Source of the DNA: Lytechinus pictus
Taxonomy: Eukaryota
Direction: 5' to 3'
NCBI RefSeq assembly: GCF_037042905.1
Contig: NC_087251.1
Coordinates: 5,024,001-5,088,000 of the forward strand
Length of the DNA stretch: 64,000 nucleotides
The notes below the pieces were generated by a model, which made no database searches, was not told the origin of the DNA, and saw only the letters and a list, made by a program, of their open reading frames with translations. The translations under genes were made by a program, and so were the position numbers. This document shows, piece after piece, positions 37,815 through 51,879 of the stretch (positions are counted from its first letter, which is position 1; each line of letters begins with the position of its first letter).

Positions 37815-40800
37815 GCGAAGTAGGGAGATTGATAAAGACACATAGAAAAGATAGAGAGAATTAGAACGACCGAGGGAGGATATAGAGAAGATACAAAGGA
37901 AGATGATAATTTGATTAGTTTAAATATAACTTACAATTTTATCAATTATGCATGATTAAAAGTGCGGTTGGCGCTGTATAGTCACCATGGAATTTTGCAA
38001 CAAAAAATGACTGATAAGAAGTTTTAGTTTTATAGACTAATTTTGAAAATTTAAGAGAAATGATACATTGTTTGTTGAATCATTCATGGACAATTATAAT
38101 CAGAATAAGTTAAGTTATTCGAGAAAGACCGGGAAAGGAATAACTTGGTTGTAAATTGTATAAATTTGTACATTCGCCATGAAGAACTGGCTAAGCTATT
38201 CAAACTTTCCTCTGAAATCGCATCGCCTGGAGAAGAGCTCTTGAATGACCACAACCCACTCGGCCTTTTGGTCATCCCCTCGGTTGTGACAAAGTTACTT
38301 TGAAGAAGAAAACAGTCTCTGCCATGGGTCGATTCTTCCGCCATTCACTCGAACAAAAGACAAAGCTGTCAAAAGTTTGGGCAGAGTGTGAAAAGTGGGA
38401 AGTTGTCTTTCAATAGAGGGTATTTGCTCACTAATTGTAGTTTTTGTTGTGCTTGGTTTCAGTCGATATTAGGAGAAAAGAAGTGTAAGGAGATGAAGCA
38501 GAGGGATTGGTGGTGGTGGTGGGGGGGGGGAGGGGGTAGAATTGATGGATCATAACGCTCATATCAACTGCTACTCTCCAGACCTCAGGCCCTTAAAAAG
38601 GGGTCGGTGTAAACCATGCAGGCAAGGGGCATGGAGGGGGGGGGGGGGAGATAAATCTCTTCTTTTGTTTGTTGTACAGAACTTAAGAATTATTGGGGAC
38701 GTATCCTCCGGACCCCGTATTCTTTTCTGATATGCCCCCACAGGCAACTGTTACCATCTGACCTTAATGTGTTTCGACCCTACAGTATCGGCCCGTCTTC
38801 TAACATACTTCTCTATTGTAGAAAGCTCAAAATAGAAAAGAAGACAAGTCTTAAAGATTTTTTTGACGTCATAGCTAGTTTATATGTGAAGGTTTCTGTA
38901 CGGCACCATAACAACACGTGGTCACGCCTACATTGCGAATGAATTGGAATAGTAGGAAAGGATTTTCACACCTGCGATCATGCTATCCTATAAAGACATC
39001 ATTGATAAGGCTTCGTATTTCCTTCCTAAATAGTTTGTTTTCAAGTGGGATATTAGTGTCATTCTCGACAACTTACTTTTCTTGTGACATGCACAAACAG
39101 GAACTAGAATATAGGCCAGAAATTAGAAGTATTTTTATTTCTTCATAATATGGATAATACGTTATAAATATCATACAGATAGATAATATAACGTCAATTC
39201 TATCATTTAAACAACATAATACAACCACATAAAAACGCCACATCACTGTCCATTCAAGCTTATACTGAAAACCGTGTGTATATCTCCGGATTATGTTTTA
39301 TGTCGCTTTCATGAGTGATGATTGACACATGCATGTACATATATTTTTATCAAATAGTAAAACAGAATAGAAGTGTCTATAAAATCATTCTGGTTTACAC
39401 ACTATTTTCTTTTTTATTGTATTTTAAAATATAGATATTTGGGCTTTATAAATTTGTTCACTAAACTAAGTTTATATCTACTACTGATAGCCTTTCACCC
39501 GCAATACAATACTAACTTATAAATAGACAAATCATTGGCAGAAAATCGGTACAAATCTTAATTGTCTCATATAAACATGAATATTATCACTATACAATAA
39601 TAAAAAAAATCGACTCATAACTTTTAATATCATCATTATCATTGTACAATTCAACTGCTATTACTACTACATCTTCTATTTGCTACTATTACTATGGTGG
39701 TTCACAATTACAAAGGTGTTCAAATCACTGAACGGCCTTGCTCCAATATATTTAGCAGATTCATTTCAATATTGCAATTATTCATAATATAATTCAAGAT
39801 CTGTAGGTAATGTAATTATGGCCAAACCAAATACAGAAAATTGCCGTAGAATGTTTGTATATAGAGGCTCACGCCTATATAGTGACTTACATTTAGATAT
39901 TAAATTCCTCCTTTGAGCTCTATTTCAAATTACATTGATCTCTGAGCAACGCGTTGTTTTGCAGGGAGGGGGTGTATTTGCTTGTAGCTTTAACTCATAA
40001 CTTTTAATTTTGTTTTATGTCTATTGTCTAGTTTTAATTACTTTATATTTTGTTTAATGTCGTTCTTTTCTGCTTGTTGAAGATGTTTATAATACAGTTT
40101 GATCCATCATTTATTACGTTCTGGACCCCTAGGCAGAACAGAGTGGTAATAATCACCACTCTGATTTGGCCATCCAGCCATTCATATGTATTCATTTTGT
40201 ATTTTATTTTGTCATTATATCCGATGTATTTTGTTTGTATTTTGCATTTTTTTGATGAATGGAAAATCAATTATATACAATACTATTCTCATAATTACTG
40301 TACTCGTATCATGGTTATTTATGCCATGTACGTGTTGTTCTCGTTACTAATGTAATTATCGTTTTTCTAGTTGCACCAAAAATAAGATATAATCGCAAAA
40401 TATAATCGTAATGTCATATCTCATCTGACAGTGGAATCATCTAGAGCATGGCTGATACACTCATCATACCATCTAACCTTTTGAAATCTGAGCTGAAACA
40501 CTTGATATGGATATATTTTCATTTGACTAGATTATGAGACCGTTAATGTCTTGAATAAGAAGCAAGCTTAGAGATCAAAGACGAGGTATCTCCTGGCAAG
40601 TCGACTGCCTGATATCTCCTTTTGCCTTGTTCTGAATTTGAACATTGGGAGGAGAAAAGACGATTTCTGGACTGATAGATGGAGTAAATGATGCAACTGC
40701 ATGTTACCCCTTTTATTAGCCCTCTTCCTCACTCGAGATGAACGTCAATCTATGCGTGCCTTAGAGCTTCCCTTGCGGCAAAACTGCAAACTCTTGCCAT

Positions 40801-43800
40801 GAATACTCCAAAAGATACTCGAGTCTTTCTGAATCTTTTGGCCGCCACCCTCGCCCAGTTCCCGCCAAGCACTCACTATTCCAGCCGCCGGCTGTAACTC
40901 TCTGACTGTCTGCGAGCGATTTGTGCCATTAGATTCGGCTTGCGCGCTAAATTAGCGCAACCTAACACCCCTTATTGCCATCCCAAGATGGATTTCTATG
41001 CGTAAGACGTTGAAGGGGATCGCATACGATACATAGGCAATCTTATTGCAACTGTTTGTGACAGTGTTAAGTGTGCAAACAGCATAGATTTACATTAACG
41101 GACCGTTCAAACACAAGCAAGCCAAGCGATATTGAGTCAACATCACAATGCCTTCACAAACACCGGTCTTTGAGAAGAAGTCATCTATAATAAACAGGTC
41201 ATGTTTGATAGATAGATTTATAGCAAGATTAACACACTTCTAATGAATGGACGACTTTGGTGGTCTAGAATAACATTTTTTATTGTGAAATTGAATCGTT
41301 AGAACCACTAATAATAGTAGTGAGTTTGACAGACAATATAAAAATAAAACATATTTCGTATGGGCGACACGGTACTTGTAGGAAGTGACATCGATCATGT
41401 ATTTACGACACAAACTCTTACGATTGCAAGTGAAGGGGAGAGATGGCGAGAAAAAATAGAGAGGCAGAGAGAAAAGAAAAAGAAAGAAAGAAAGCAGGCA
41501 TTCGAGGGGTGGAGATAAAGAAGAGCTAAAATGTTTGATCTGATGACGCGTCAAAACAGAATTCTTATGCACGTTAAAGAGAGGACGTGTATCTATATAA
41601 TAAAAAAAACGTAACCTATTCTCTTTCCATGAGTACTTAAGAACATTTTAGCATGTCTAAACGAATTGTGCATGGAAGAATAGGGCATTAGCACGACATT
41701 ATTCACAAGTACTGAGCCCTCCCATCTTGGTTGTCTCTTGGTTTCTATCGTGCCTTCTTACTATTCTCTTTCGAGTGTGATTCGATTCCTTTGATTGACA
41801 CTTAGCAAGAACAAAACCTATTATATACTGACAATGATGGCAGTCGGGTCTTTTCTTTTCTTCTTCTGTAAGCCACTAGTTGGTTCTTTACCCGGACTCG
41901 TAGCACAGGTGTGCTCGGTGATGCCTGGGGCAGAACAGGTATGGGATCCCTCTTCATGGCTTTTAAATGTTGTCACCTCTAATGGAACCACGGCAACCAT
42001 GACTTGAGACATGGAAGCTCTTGAAGACATGAAACTGTGCTACATCGCAGAATTAGATACAGAGCAAACAAAAATACCCCACCACCAGAGGTGGAAAAAC
42101 GAGATCGGAGAAGAGAAAAAAGAGGTAAAGAGATTGAAAGAGGCACATTAGTATTACGTCATGGCATACACTCAGGTGTGAAATGGTGTATGTTACGATC
42201 CACCTCGACTTTATTACTACATGTAGAAACACATCCAGGGAAGTTGGAGTTTTCACTTCCCTGTTCTCTCCATCTACTAATGCATGATGTAGTACCATGG
42301 TATTTTTATAGGGGCAAGACGACTTATAAAATTGTCTCAATTTTATCAATAGAATAAAAGAAGTAACAAGTTTTGCCATTTGTATATACTCTTCTTTCTT
42401 CCATTTTTTTCTTTATTTTTTCGCTCCTTTCCCCCTTTTTTCAACACTTACAAAACATATGTTTCTCTCTCCCATGTCGTATATAGCACCGCCTCTTCGT
42501 TTTTGTTAACACTCTCTGTATTTCGAAAGTACATGTAGATGACGAATATTATACTTACAAAAATGTTATCTTTTCAATCTTATCCATATGTTAAAGAAAA
42601 TTTCCACTTCTGGACATAAAAATAAATCATTTAATACACTCGCCCAAAGTGATTGGAAAACGTTGATACAGAAACAACAAAAAATCAATTAGTGGGGTAA
42701 TATTAGGAATTGTCCTATAAAAAGAAGCTGTCACAGGATTACTAAACCAGAAGTTTTATATTATAGCTGGAATTATAGCTTTCAATAATCTACCTAGATT
42801 AAAGAACATAAGAAATAACAATGATTATTTTCATCCTTCCAACAGCAGGAGATTCTCTTTAAAACATTAAACACTATAAACTCCGACAAAGGGCCCATGT
42901 GTATGCCTATGCCATGTATACTGGACAATTTTTGTACTCTGGAATCTAATATGTTTCATGCAAGGATCCTTTGGTTATAATCTATTAATCCATCTAAAAA
43001 ATGAACTATTATACACAAACTAATTATTAAGTTATCAACCAGAAAGTTTTAAATACTTCAGGCGCATACATTTGCACCATTATAAACTTAACGATTACGA
43101 TAAAACCATTGTGTCAAACCTCTTGCGGAAAAATTGAAAGTAAAGGTAATACTATAGAAACAAAATGCTCTTTATGGTTCAGTTCACGTTCTAACGTCAT
43201 ATGTACGCAAATAAGTTCATAAGTTCTGTGCATTTATCAATATTGAAGGACATTCGTCAATTATTGATTGAAAACATCCATGGTGATGGTGTTAAATACT
43301 TCATACCCCATTTAATAGAGTGTCTTCCATGAATGCCCATCTAAAGATTCCCTTCCCTGTGGTCAAATGATTTAGGCAATCTGTGGTTGGTATGGTTTGC
43401 CGTTTCGTTGCTTCCATTGGAAGGTAGATCATCTAATCCCACAATTCATTTCATACTTGATTAGAACCGTACAACACAGTAACAAAGGCAAAAACCTTGG
43501 ATGGATTGTTTTCTTTGTTTTTGACTTTGAGAAAGTTTTTTCCCTCGTTTTGGTGATTCTCATGTATAAAAGGCCAAGGAATTTTTTTTTAAGTCACCAG
43601 GAACCTGTTGTTTCCCCTAATTTTCTTTGCAGCAGAAAAACATGACATAAACAAAAGAAGAAAAATATTAAACGACGTCCCCTCGACGATGTCATTAAAT
43701 GAGTTTTCAAAATGAATTAAGCTTACATCACTATGCACGCAGGGAATGTCATATTGTATAATTAAATCCCCGTTTCTTTGCATTTTCAATAATAGCACTG

Positions 43801-46800
43801 ATAGAGGCTAATAATAACATAATTCATGCATGTGCATTTTAGCCTTCTTTTTCATGTTTTTTTTCTCAATGTTCATTAGTAGTAATTCTGTTGTGGTATC
43901 ACTTATGTATCTATGTATCTATCTATTCATTTCTATATTTATGCAATTAAGGACATTCATACATTTTACTAATTATTTTTTATGAGAGGGGGATATGGTG
44001 CTGTATATCAGCTATCGTACCCTGCTTGTCAGAAGTGAATATTATGCAAGTCATTTGGTAAAACATGATTGAAATGTATTTTGATCTGTTGATGGGCGGG
44101 AAATAGTGGGTGTGTCGAGAGGTGTGTAGATTAGTAGGCTATTATATAAATTGGTGGGTGATTATAATCTACTGGTCATTAAAAAATGATTGTATTAATC
44201 TAATGCACTTCCTTCAATACTAAATATTTCCTTGAAAAGAGAGACAAGGACAACACTTAATGAAATCATAGTGTTATGCAATACTTGATTTATTTAACTT
44301 TGCAAATAGTAATGGAATTCTCCATCCGCCGTATTTTAGTCAGGGTTTATGTGGAAATTCATAAGTACAGCATAGTGGAATTAAATAACTTATTGTTTTT
44401 TATTCAGGGTTTGGTAACGATTTCATTCTTTTAACTTATTCTTATGTATGAATATCAATTTAGTTGCAGAGTTAATTTTGCCTTTCGAAACTCAGTGCAT
44501 GGGGCTCGCCTTTATCTGCTCTATTTAAATAGGATAGGCGCTTGATATTGCGCATGCTGTATAGCTGTATATGAATTTCATCTCCAATTGAAAGGAAGTT
44601 ACATGCCTCTCTTGCTCTGAATACAGCTACAAGCTAGTCAAGAATAGACCAAAATGGATGGAATTACATACAGTGGAAGTTATATTCCTTTTTAAGACTA
44701 AAATTAAGCGGGTGTGGCCTTGAAAGCCATTGTTATGAAGTATAGAATACGTTGTGACGGTGGCAATGGTTGTGATTACGTTTATTTCACGCCCAGGTGA
44801 GGGAGTAGACTTCCTGCGGGGGTGGGTGCATAGATCCATGGGATATGAATCTAAAGAAGAGGGTTAACAAACCGTATCCAAACCAAAGATGAGAATTCTT
44901 TCATAAATCTGATAATGGGATCATATCACACCAGTAGATCCAGACATCACATTATACAGGGGCAGGGGGTATAATGATATCTGTTTATATCAAACAATAC
45001 TCGGATCTGTATTTAATTGATGATGAAGATATAATACTTTCCTAACCTCTAAAGCCATCGCCAATGAAGACTTGTTTTCAGTCGTTGAATGTATTTTTTT
45101 CTTTTCAATTCTTTACTGTTTATTTCGAAAAAAATGAGCCAAATATAAAATCTTTCAAGGTTTTATGTATCTAGGAATGAACTGCTTTAGGCCTATATAA
45201 CCCGCCTGAAAAAAAAATCAAGCATTGGATGTATTTAGGTCCATGGAAATACACAGGCCTACTATACTTGCAAAGTAATTAAAACCTGCATAATGCATAT
45301 AGTATGTCCTGGAATAATTCTAGAATACTCGGTTATATAAATGCATGTATTAACATCATCATTAGATTCATTTTAAAACAGATGTTAGACAATTTTCTTT
45401 TCTGTATATTTGTTTAGGCTGTCTGAAAAATATGGCAACCTATAATGAGCCCCCTTTCTAAGCCTGCGCAAACTATTTCAGAATATGTTTTTTGCTAGTT
45501 TCACATAGAATTCTCTCTTACCAGACTTCTCCCTTTTCGCTCGAGCGAATGAGAAAGATATCTGATATTTCAGACAGGGATCTTTTTTCACCACCCCGCC
45601 GTTCTTTAAAATCTTTTCTAACTTCACCCATGATGTGTTTAGACTCATGATTTCAATGAAAGAAAAAATTCTTAACCAATTGTCATGATGACTAAGCACA
45701 TCGAATAGTGTTTTGTGGTGTAGTCAACGGACCATTAATGCAAGTCGAGTTTTCTCCTATTATCCATCGACCTTCACAATTTACCAATAGTGAAAAACAA
45801 CCAACTCTCCTTCCTCCTCGGATATATCACAATGAAGTATCGGAGGCACGATATCATTTGAGCTATCGGTGAGGTTTAAAATCAATAACAACCCAATAAT
45901 GAAGCTTTACAACTGATAGAATTTGAATATCATATTTGGTCTACAAGGTCATGTAATATTTCGGCATGACAGGACTGGTGGTATGTTCTATCTCTTCATA
46001 GAAAACACATTACTTTATAAATAATCAATTTGAGTCCAGTAAATCAGTGTACCACGAACAATGATTCATGTTACAAAGAGAGAAAATTTTATCTATACCA
46101 TGGATTAAAAAAGTTATAGCAATTATTGTGACTGCTGTATTGCTCGATATTTTCCCTCAAATAACCGACAATTTTCAAAGCAAATTGAGGCGATTGCTAT
46201 ACTATCACATTTTCACTCCTTAAAATAAAAACCGGCAACATAACTTATGAACCAATTTGACATTGGAATAACGGTGTGAAGATAATCAATGTTTATTTGA
46301 GGGTGGTGATGAGAAAATGAAACGATCCAGCTGCCTCGACTACAATATTTTGATGTCTGTCTATTTACTGATCGTCACTAATTTGTTTACAGTAATTGGA
46401 TAGGTACACAATTGTAATTTACCTTGTAATTGCACAATGGTATCGCGTAGCTACACAATGACTTATGTTGATAGAGGTGGTACCAGAAATAAAGGTATAA
46501 GGGGACTAGTCAACTAGAAATAAATCAACATGGACACAAAACAAACTACAAATATCACTTATTTGCTCTCCAAACTCATCGCAATTCCTGTTCAAATACA
46601 GCCATATTAAATCCTATACACCTTTTCCTTCTTTTCTGCAGCGGCGCGTGTCCATGGAATGAAAATAGAAAGAGAAAATGGCGACCGGTAATGACATCTT
46701 TATATTCTTGTCATTATTGATAAATCCTTTTTATTTGTAGTCATTCCCATTGTGTGGCGGTTCTTTTATGTTTCGATCTGCTTTTGCTCGGGAAGGGTGA

Positions 46801-49769
46801 CAGTTAACAACACGTGTAGAGAGATGCTTGTTTCCTAAGAGATCGAACTCAAAATGAACAAAGTCAACAAGACAAAGTATAAAAAAGAGATAAGTATTGA
46901 CGGATCAGGTATATTTACACGCATCAGCTTGGCTTTATTGTTGATGTTTACTTAAGAGATCTGCTGTGATGTAAATAAGATCTTTGTAAACAATGCATTA
47001 TTTTGATCGATAGGCAAAGACACGTGGTTCTATGTATACGTCCTAGTTGCTTCTCTAGATCACATGACTTTGAAAGCAGTGATGTCATCAAAATAGTAAA
47101 TTAAAGACGGACATTTCAGCAACTTATTGGTTAATGCATAGCTATTTATATATATATATATATGCAATTGGGAATATCTAGTTTGCAATAACCCCTCCCC
47201 CAGATTTTTAAGATTATGATCCCCCCAAAACACTGAAGCTGCATCCAAATGAAAGGGGGTAATAATGTCAAAACTTCACTGTTTTATTTTATTACTTATT
47301 ACGTCAAATTGCAAATAATGCATAATTGTATTGTATAATTGATTTCAATAACAAATACTTTCAAATTTTCAGCCAAATATAAAAAAAACGTGATTTGTCT
47401 TATGATGAAATGTGTTAGAAAATTACAAGTGTAAGACTTATTCTGATTGAAGTAAAGATTGTTTGTACGTACAATTTCAGAATTCTTGTGCACATAATAC
47501 TAAGCAAAGTGACACCGCTAGCTCATTATGCATTTTAAAGGTATATCATTGTCCCACGTAAGGATTTATTTTCATTTCATAGCGATTTCATTTCTTTTAC
47601 AATCAAATGCTCATTAAAAACATGTAATATGCAAGTATATCATCTAACGGAATTTTAAAGATATTCCAACGTTTTTGCTTGCTTTCTCTTTTTCTTATTA
47701 AATTCAATTTTATTTCATGGAATAATTTCAAATTCCTTCCATTCCCCCTTTGAATACCGTTTTCAAGTGAAAACGTTGAAGCAGAACTAGTTTTAATCGT
47801 ATAGATTCACATTCAATAGATCAAAGCTAAGAGTAAAATTGAACAAACTAGACGTACGGGGACATCCACGTCTGTCTCCGGGCCAACACCTAAATCTACT
47901 GTGATACTCCGTTTGCCATTAAGTGTATTGCGTCACTAGCAATCACTTCGCCATTCTCCCACTGGCTCATATTTGGCCATGGGTCCAACATTGTATAATG
48001 TTATTGTTCATTATGAATTATTTCAAATTTAAGGGAACATTTCCAATTTGTATAATATGGTTCATAAAAAAAGTTTAACTTCGTAATCCTTATTGTGAGT
48101 TTGAATCTACTATTCCTGTTCAGGTATTAAAATATTCCCACAAACATTCTAAACTTATGAGAAGATGCCGATTTGCCATTTTAAAGAGATGTTAGAAGCT
48201 CGTGAATGTAATGTGATACTTTTTAAAACAAATTAGAAACTTATCATAATCAGAAAGAATTTGTGGTGAATATATCTGGAGCAGAATTAAATGGGACTTG
48301 TTCGAGATTCTTCTTATAACCCAGATTTGTTTTGACGCAGGCCTCACCGGTTTGTTTCATTATTTTGCAATAGCTTCTGAGGAGGGTCGCCATGCAGGTT
48401 CTTGTAATTGTGAGTCGTGTTAGAGCAACCGTGCTGGAGAATCTGTAGAGTACGGCCTAACACCCAACATCCTTCGATCGACACGCTAGCCGAGGCCTCT
48501 ACGTGACAATAATCAGTAAATCAGGGGGTCCCGAGTCCAAGGTCAACCAACAATAGCCTCGCACTTGGTGCCTTCAAAACAAGTAGGGCGTCAGACTTGA
48601 GGCTAGATGAAAAGACATCCATAGGAGAGATCGAGAGTTTGGGAAAAAAAAGTACAAGCTCCTTCGTCACAGGTGACCTGGTATAATGCACTCTCATTCA
48701 ATCATCGAGAGAAAAAAATCTTACCCCTTTTCACTTCCCTCGCCCTTTTCTTTTACCTCCCCTGACTCTCTTGTTGATATAAATAGCTTCCAAGTTCAAA
48801 TTTCAGGCCTTTTTGTCAAGGTCATTTGTCGGCTGTTGTGCGCGTTAATTGTGGCGTAATCCTGCCTTTTATGGGTAACCCGTGTCATGTAGTTGGGACA
48901 TTACCTTAAACCAAATTGCTTGTCTCGAAAACCACGCTATGTGATCAATCAACTCCCTGGTCAAATGGTATAACATTAATAAGATTGTCAGTTTAAAAAA
49001 GTAACTATTGCTTCCTTCAGGGGCAACTCATTTCTTGGAAATATCAACGATTATATAAAGTTTGCATATTTTCTATTATCTCCTTTTCTTCCTTTATATC
49101 CCCATCTCTCCCTCCCCCTCTTTCGAACGCTCTCTCTCTCCCTTCCCTCTCCGTAACAGTGAACTATGCTGCATCTTAAATACTGTACTGGCTAATCAGG
49201 CTCTTAAACTTTCAATTTTTAATCCCTTCTCTACTTTGGACGAATAGCAATTTCATTTGGCGTTCGGGTCACAAATACTTCTCCATTTTTCCACCAGTAA
49301 GCCTCTTGCTCGAAACGTGAAGGGGTCGAAACTGAAGTCCTACGCAAAAATGAATAGCCTGGGGCCAAATTGAGAAAGATCATTGTAACACCTTTTCAAA
49401 TGTACACGTCCGTGGAAGATAGATTCTTTAAAACCCAGTCGCTAAGCAGATCAACTGGATGGAAAAAAGGAGGAGAAATGGTTTCGAATTAAAGAGGCCA
49501 AAATTGATAGTTCTTGAGCAAGAATCTAATCAATGTAACAATACTTGTTGTGACAACCTGTATTCAAATGAAGAAGATTGCTTCACTTTGGAAAATTTGT
49601 TGTAATTAAATTTCTCATCCCATTCTTTGACGTTTGTAATTTGTTGTTTTCATCGTAAATGGAAATTACATTTTCCCAATTAAAAACATATATATATATA
49701 TATAAGTCGTGTGCGATATAGGTGGTGTGTGTATTATAGGTTGTCTGCAAAGATGTTTTTGCAATTTAG

Positions 49770-50160
49770 AAAAGGAAGATCGGGAAGGAGAAGTAGATAA
49801 ATAAGAAAAACAACACGAGTCTATAATGATTCTAACAAAACTAATACAACAAGAACATGAATGAGAAGAACTGGAACAAAACGAAAGAAACAGACAAAAA
49901 ACAATAGAACAAAAAATGCAAAAAAATGAAGGAGAAGAAGAAGAGAAAGAAGAAGAGGAAAATGGGAGATGAAGAAGAAGTGAGAGAAGAAGAAGAATGA
50001 GAAGGAAGGGGAGCATATAGATAAGAAAAAGAAGATGACTAGGAGGAAGCAAATAATGTATAATTGAAGATAAAGAATATAAAAAAATGTAAGAAATTTT
50101 TTTTTCAGATTAAACGGAGAGAATAGATTGAGGGAAACCAATGAAGAAGGGAAGAAACAA
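49770..50160. repeat. Purine-rich (GAA/AGA) low-complexity tract
   Basis: Strong A/G bias with GAAGAA runs; this explains the spurious Leu/Phe/Ser-rich minus-strand ORFs. Confidence 0.75.
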
Positions 50161-51294
50161 TGACAAAAAGTTTAAGACAATGAATGCATAGAAATCACCA
50201 TTCATATCCGGCGAACGAGAACTCAAATGGGCGGGAATGCAGCGTGACAGCGACAAATAACAACGATATCGTCAACTTCACAATACTACTGTCGTCTGCC
50301 TCAGATTGATCGATGACATGATGTAGCAAACTCAATCTACATTGCATTGCTGTATTCACACGAAGCGTCATGACGATAATACAAAATTCTCCTATATAGA
50401 TACTAGTACTTACAAAATCAACTTTAGATAACACGAATACATCTTTAGATAGTATAGGTGCATTTTATAGGCAATGTCATTGATCCGTTAGATAAAACAA
50501 ATCGCTGATGTGCTTAATGTACCATTTTAACTAATTCAATTGCTGTGAAATATGTTACAACCACTCGACTTAGGAAACAGTGTGAACATACCTACCTCTT
50601 TACATGAAAAGAAGATATTTCTTCAATTTTTTGACACCACCCATTGTCTTTTATTGATGTGCGTGCAGCAGTCCATGCAATGCGTTTTTAAATTGATGGA
50701 TTAGATTTAGATGAAAAAACATCGACTTCTTTCATTGTGATACACACTGTGAATAAATGACGCGCACGAACTTTATCCCATTTTATGCTATAGTACCAGT
50801 TGTTGCCCTTTTTTCATTTGTTTTTATCAAATATTTCATGTATATTTGTTGATTTTTGCGTTATACAATGAATTGAGGCCAGAGACTCGGACCAAGAAAG
50901 TTTAATAATCCATGCAAAGAGAGTTATTTACTCAGCACCATATACATCGTGCATGTAAAGGGTTCCTTACCTTATTTACACAAAACCTTTCAAATCAAGC
51001 TATTAAAAGAAACGTTCGTGTTCAGATAAAGTAAAGATTTTTCTTTGATTAATATCAAGACAGTTTCCTCAGCCTGAAACAATTTCATTGACTCATGAAA
51101 ACTGTTTGATATTTTCTATCATTCATTCTGGATATTAGCATTTACCTCAAACTTTATACGTAACGAGATCAGTGTGCACAGCCAAGATGATGCGATGGTT
51201 GTAAATAAAAAGACGCTTCAGTGTGCTAAGTCACAGTCAAATAAATGTCGGACACGAAAGACGAAGACTCAATTTTTATAACACGTTTTTTGAG

Positions 51295-51467
51295 CAGTGG
51301 CGTAATGAGCCAAATAATTTTACATTTTTATCACAAAAATCAAATTTTTGATAGATTTTGAAATAATATTCAGAAAATAATATTATATTTCACCATTCTC
51401 TCTTTCCTGTTCTCTTTTTTTATCGTAATTTTTTTTTGGGGCAAGGCCCCCCATCTGTATGCCATTG
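51295..51467 (+). mobile_element. hAT-like MITE, internally deleted
   Basis: Ends CAGTGGCGTA and TATGCCATTG. Flanks TTTTTGAG and CTATTGAG form a 6/8 TSD. Homologous to 23292-23619. Confidence 0.65.
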
Positions 51468-51787
51468 CTATTGAGCATTGTCTATTGAGTATTAAGACAT
51501 ATTCGAATATTAATGTTTTATAATTACATATAAAACGAAGACTGATGATTAAGATATCTCCTTGAAATACTGTCCTATAAACCCTCAAGTCAGTTGTCAG
51601 ATACAGGTCCGACGGACCAATATTTCTGATACGATATCGGTGTCATTTTACACGATATACGTCATTTACTTACTAGACTCACCCTTCACTAAAATGTGCG
51701 AAAATTTATTAATAAATGAAATAAAAATAAAAAATAAACGAATGAAATAATAGAATTACAAACCAATAAATAAGTAAATAAAATATC

Positions 51788-51790
<3 letters not shown>

Positions 51791-51819
<29 letters not shown>

Positions 51820-51879
51820 GCAATAATAATAATGATAATAATAATAAGAAGAAGAAGAAGAAGAGGAAGAAGAAGAAGA
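51791..51879. repeat. Compound (AAT)n-(AAG)n microsatellite
   Basis: Seen directly in the sequence. Confidence 0.95.

Noticed and set aside
41795..42030. GC-richer block with ORFs on both strands, a possible exon
   Set aside because: No homology recognised and no convincing pair of splice sites.
8032..48824. TCAAGGTCA nuclear-receptor half-sites (8032, 12880, 48816) and scattered RFX X-box-like motifs (about 5279, 30217, 34782)
   Set aside because: They are dispersed and not clearly above chance in 64 kb.
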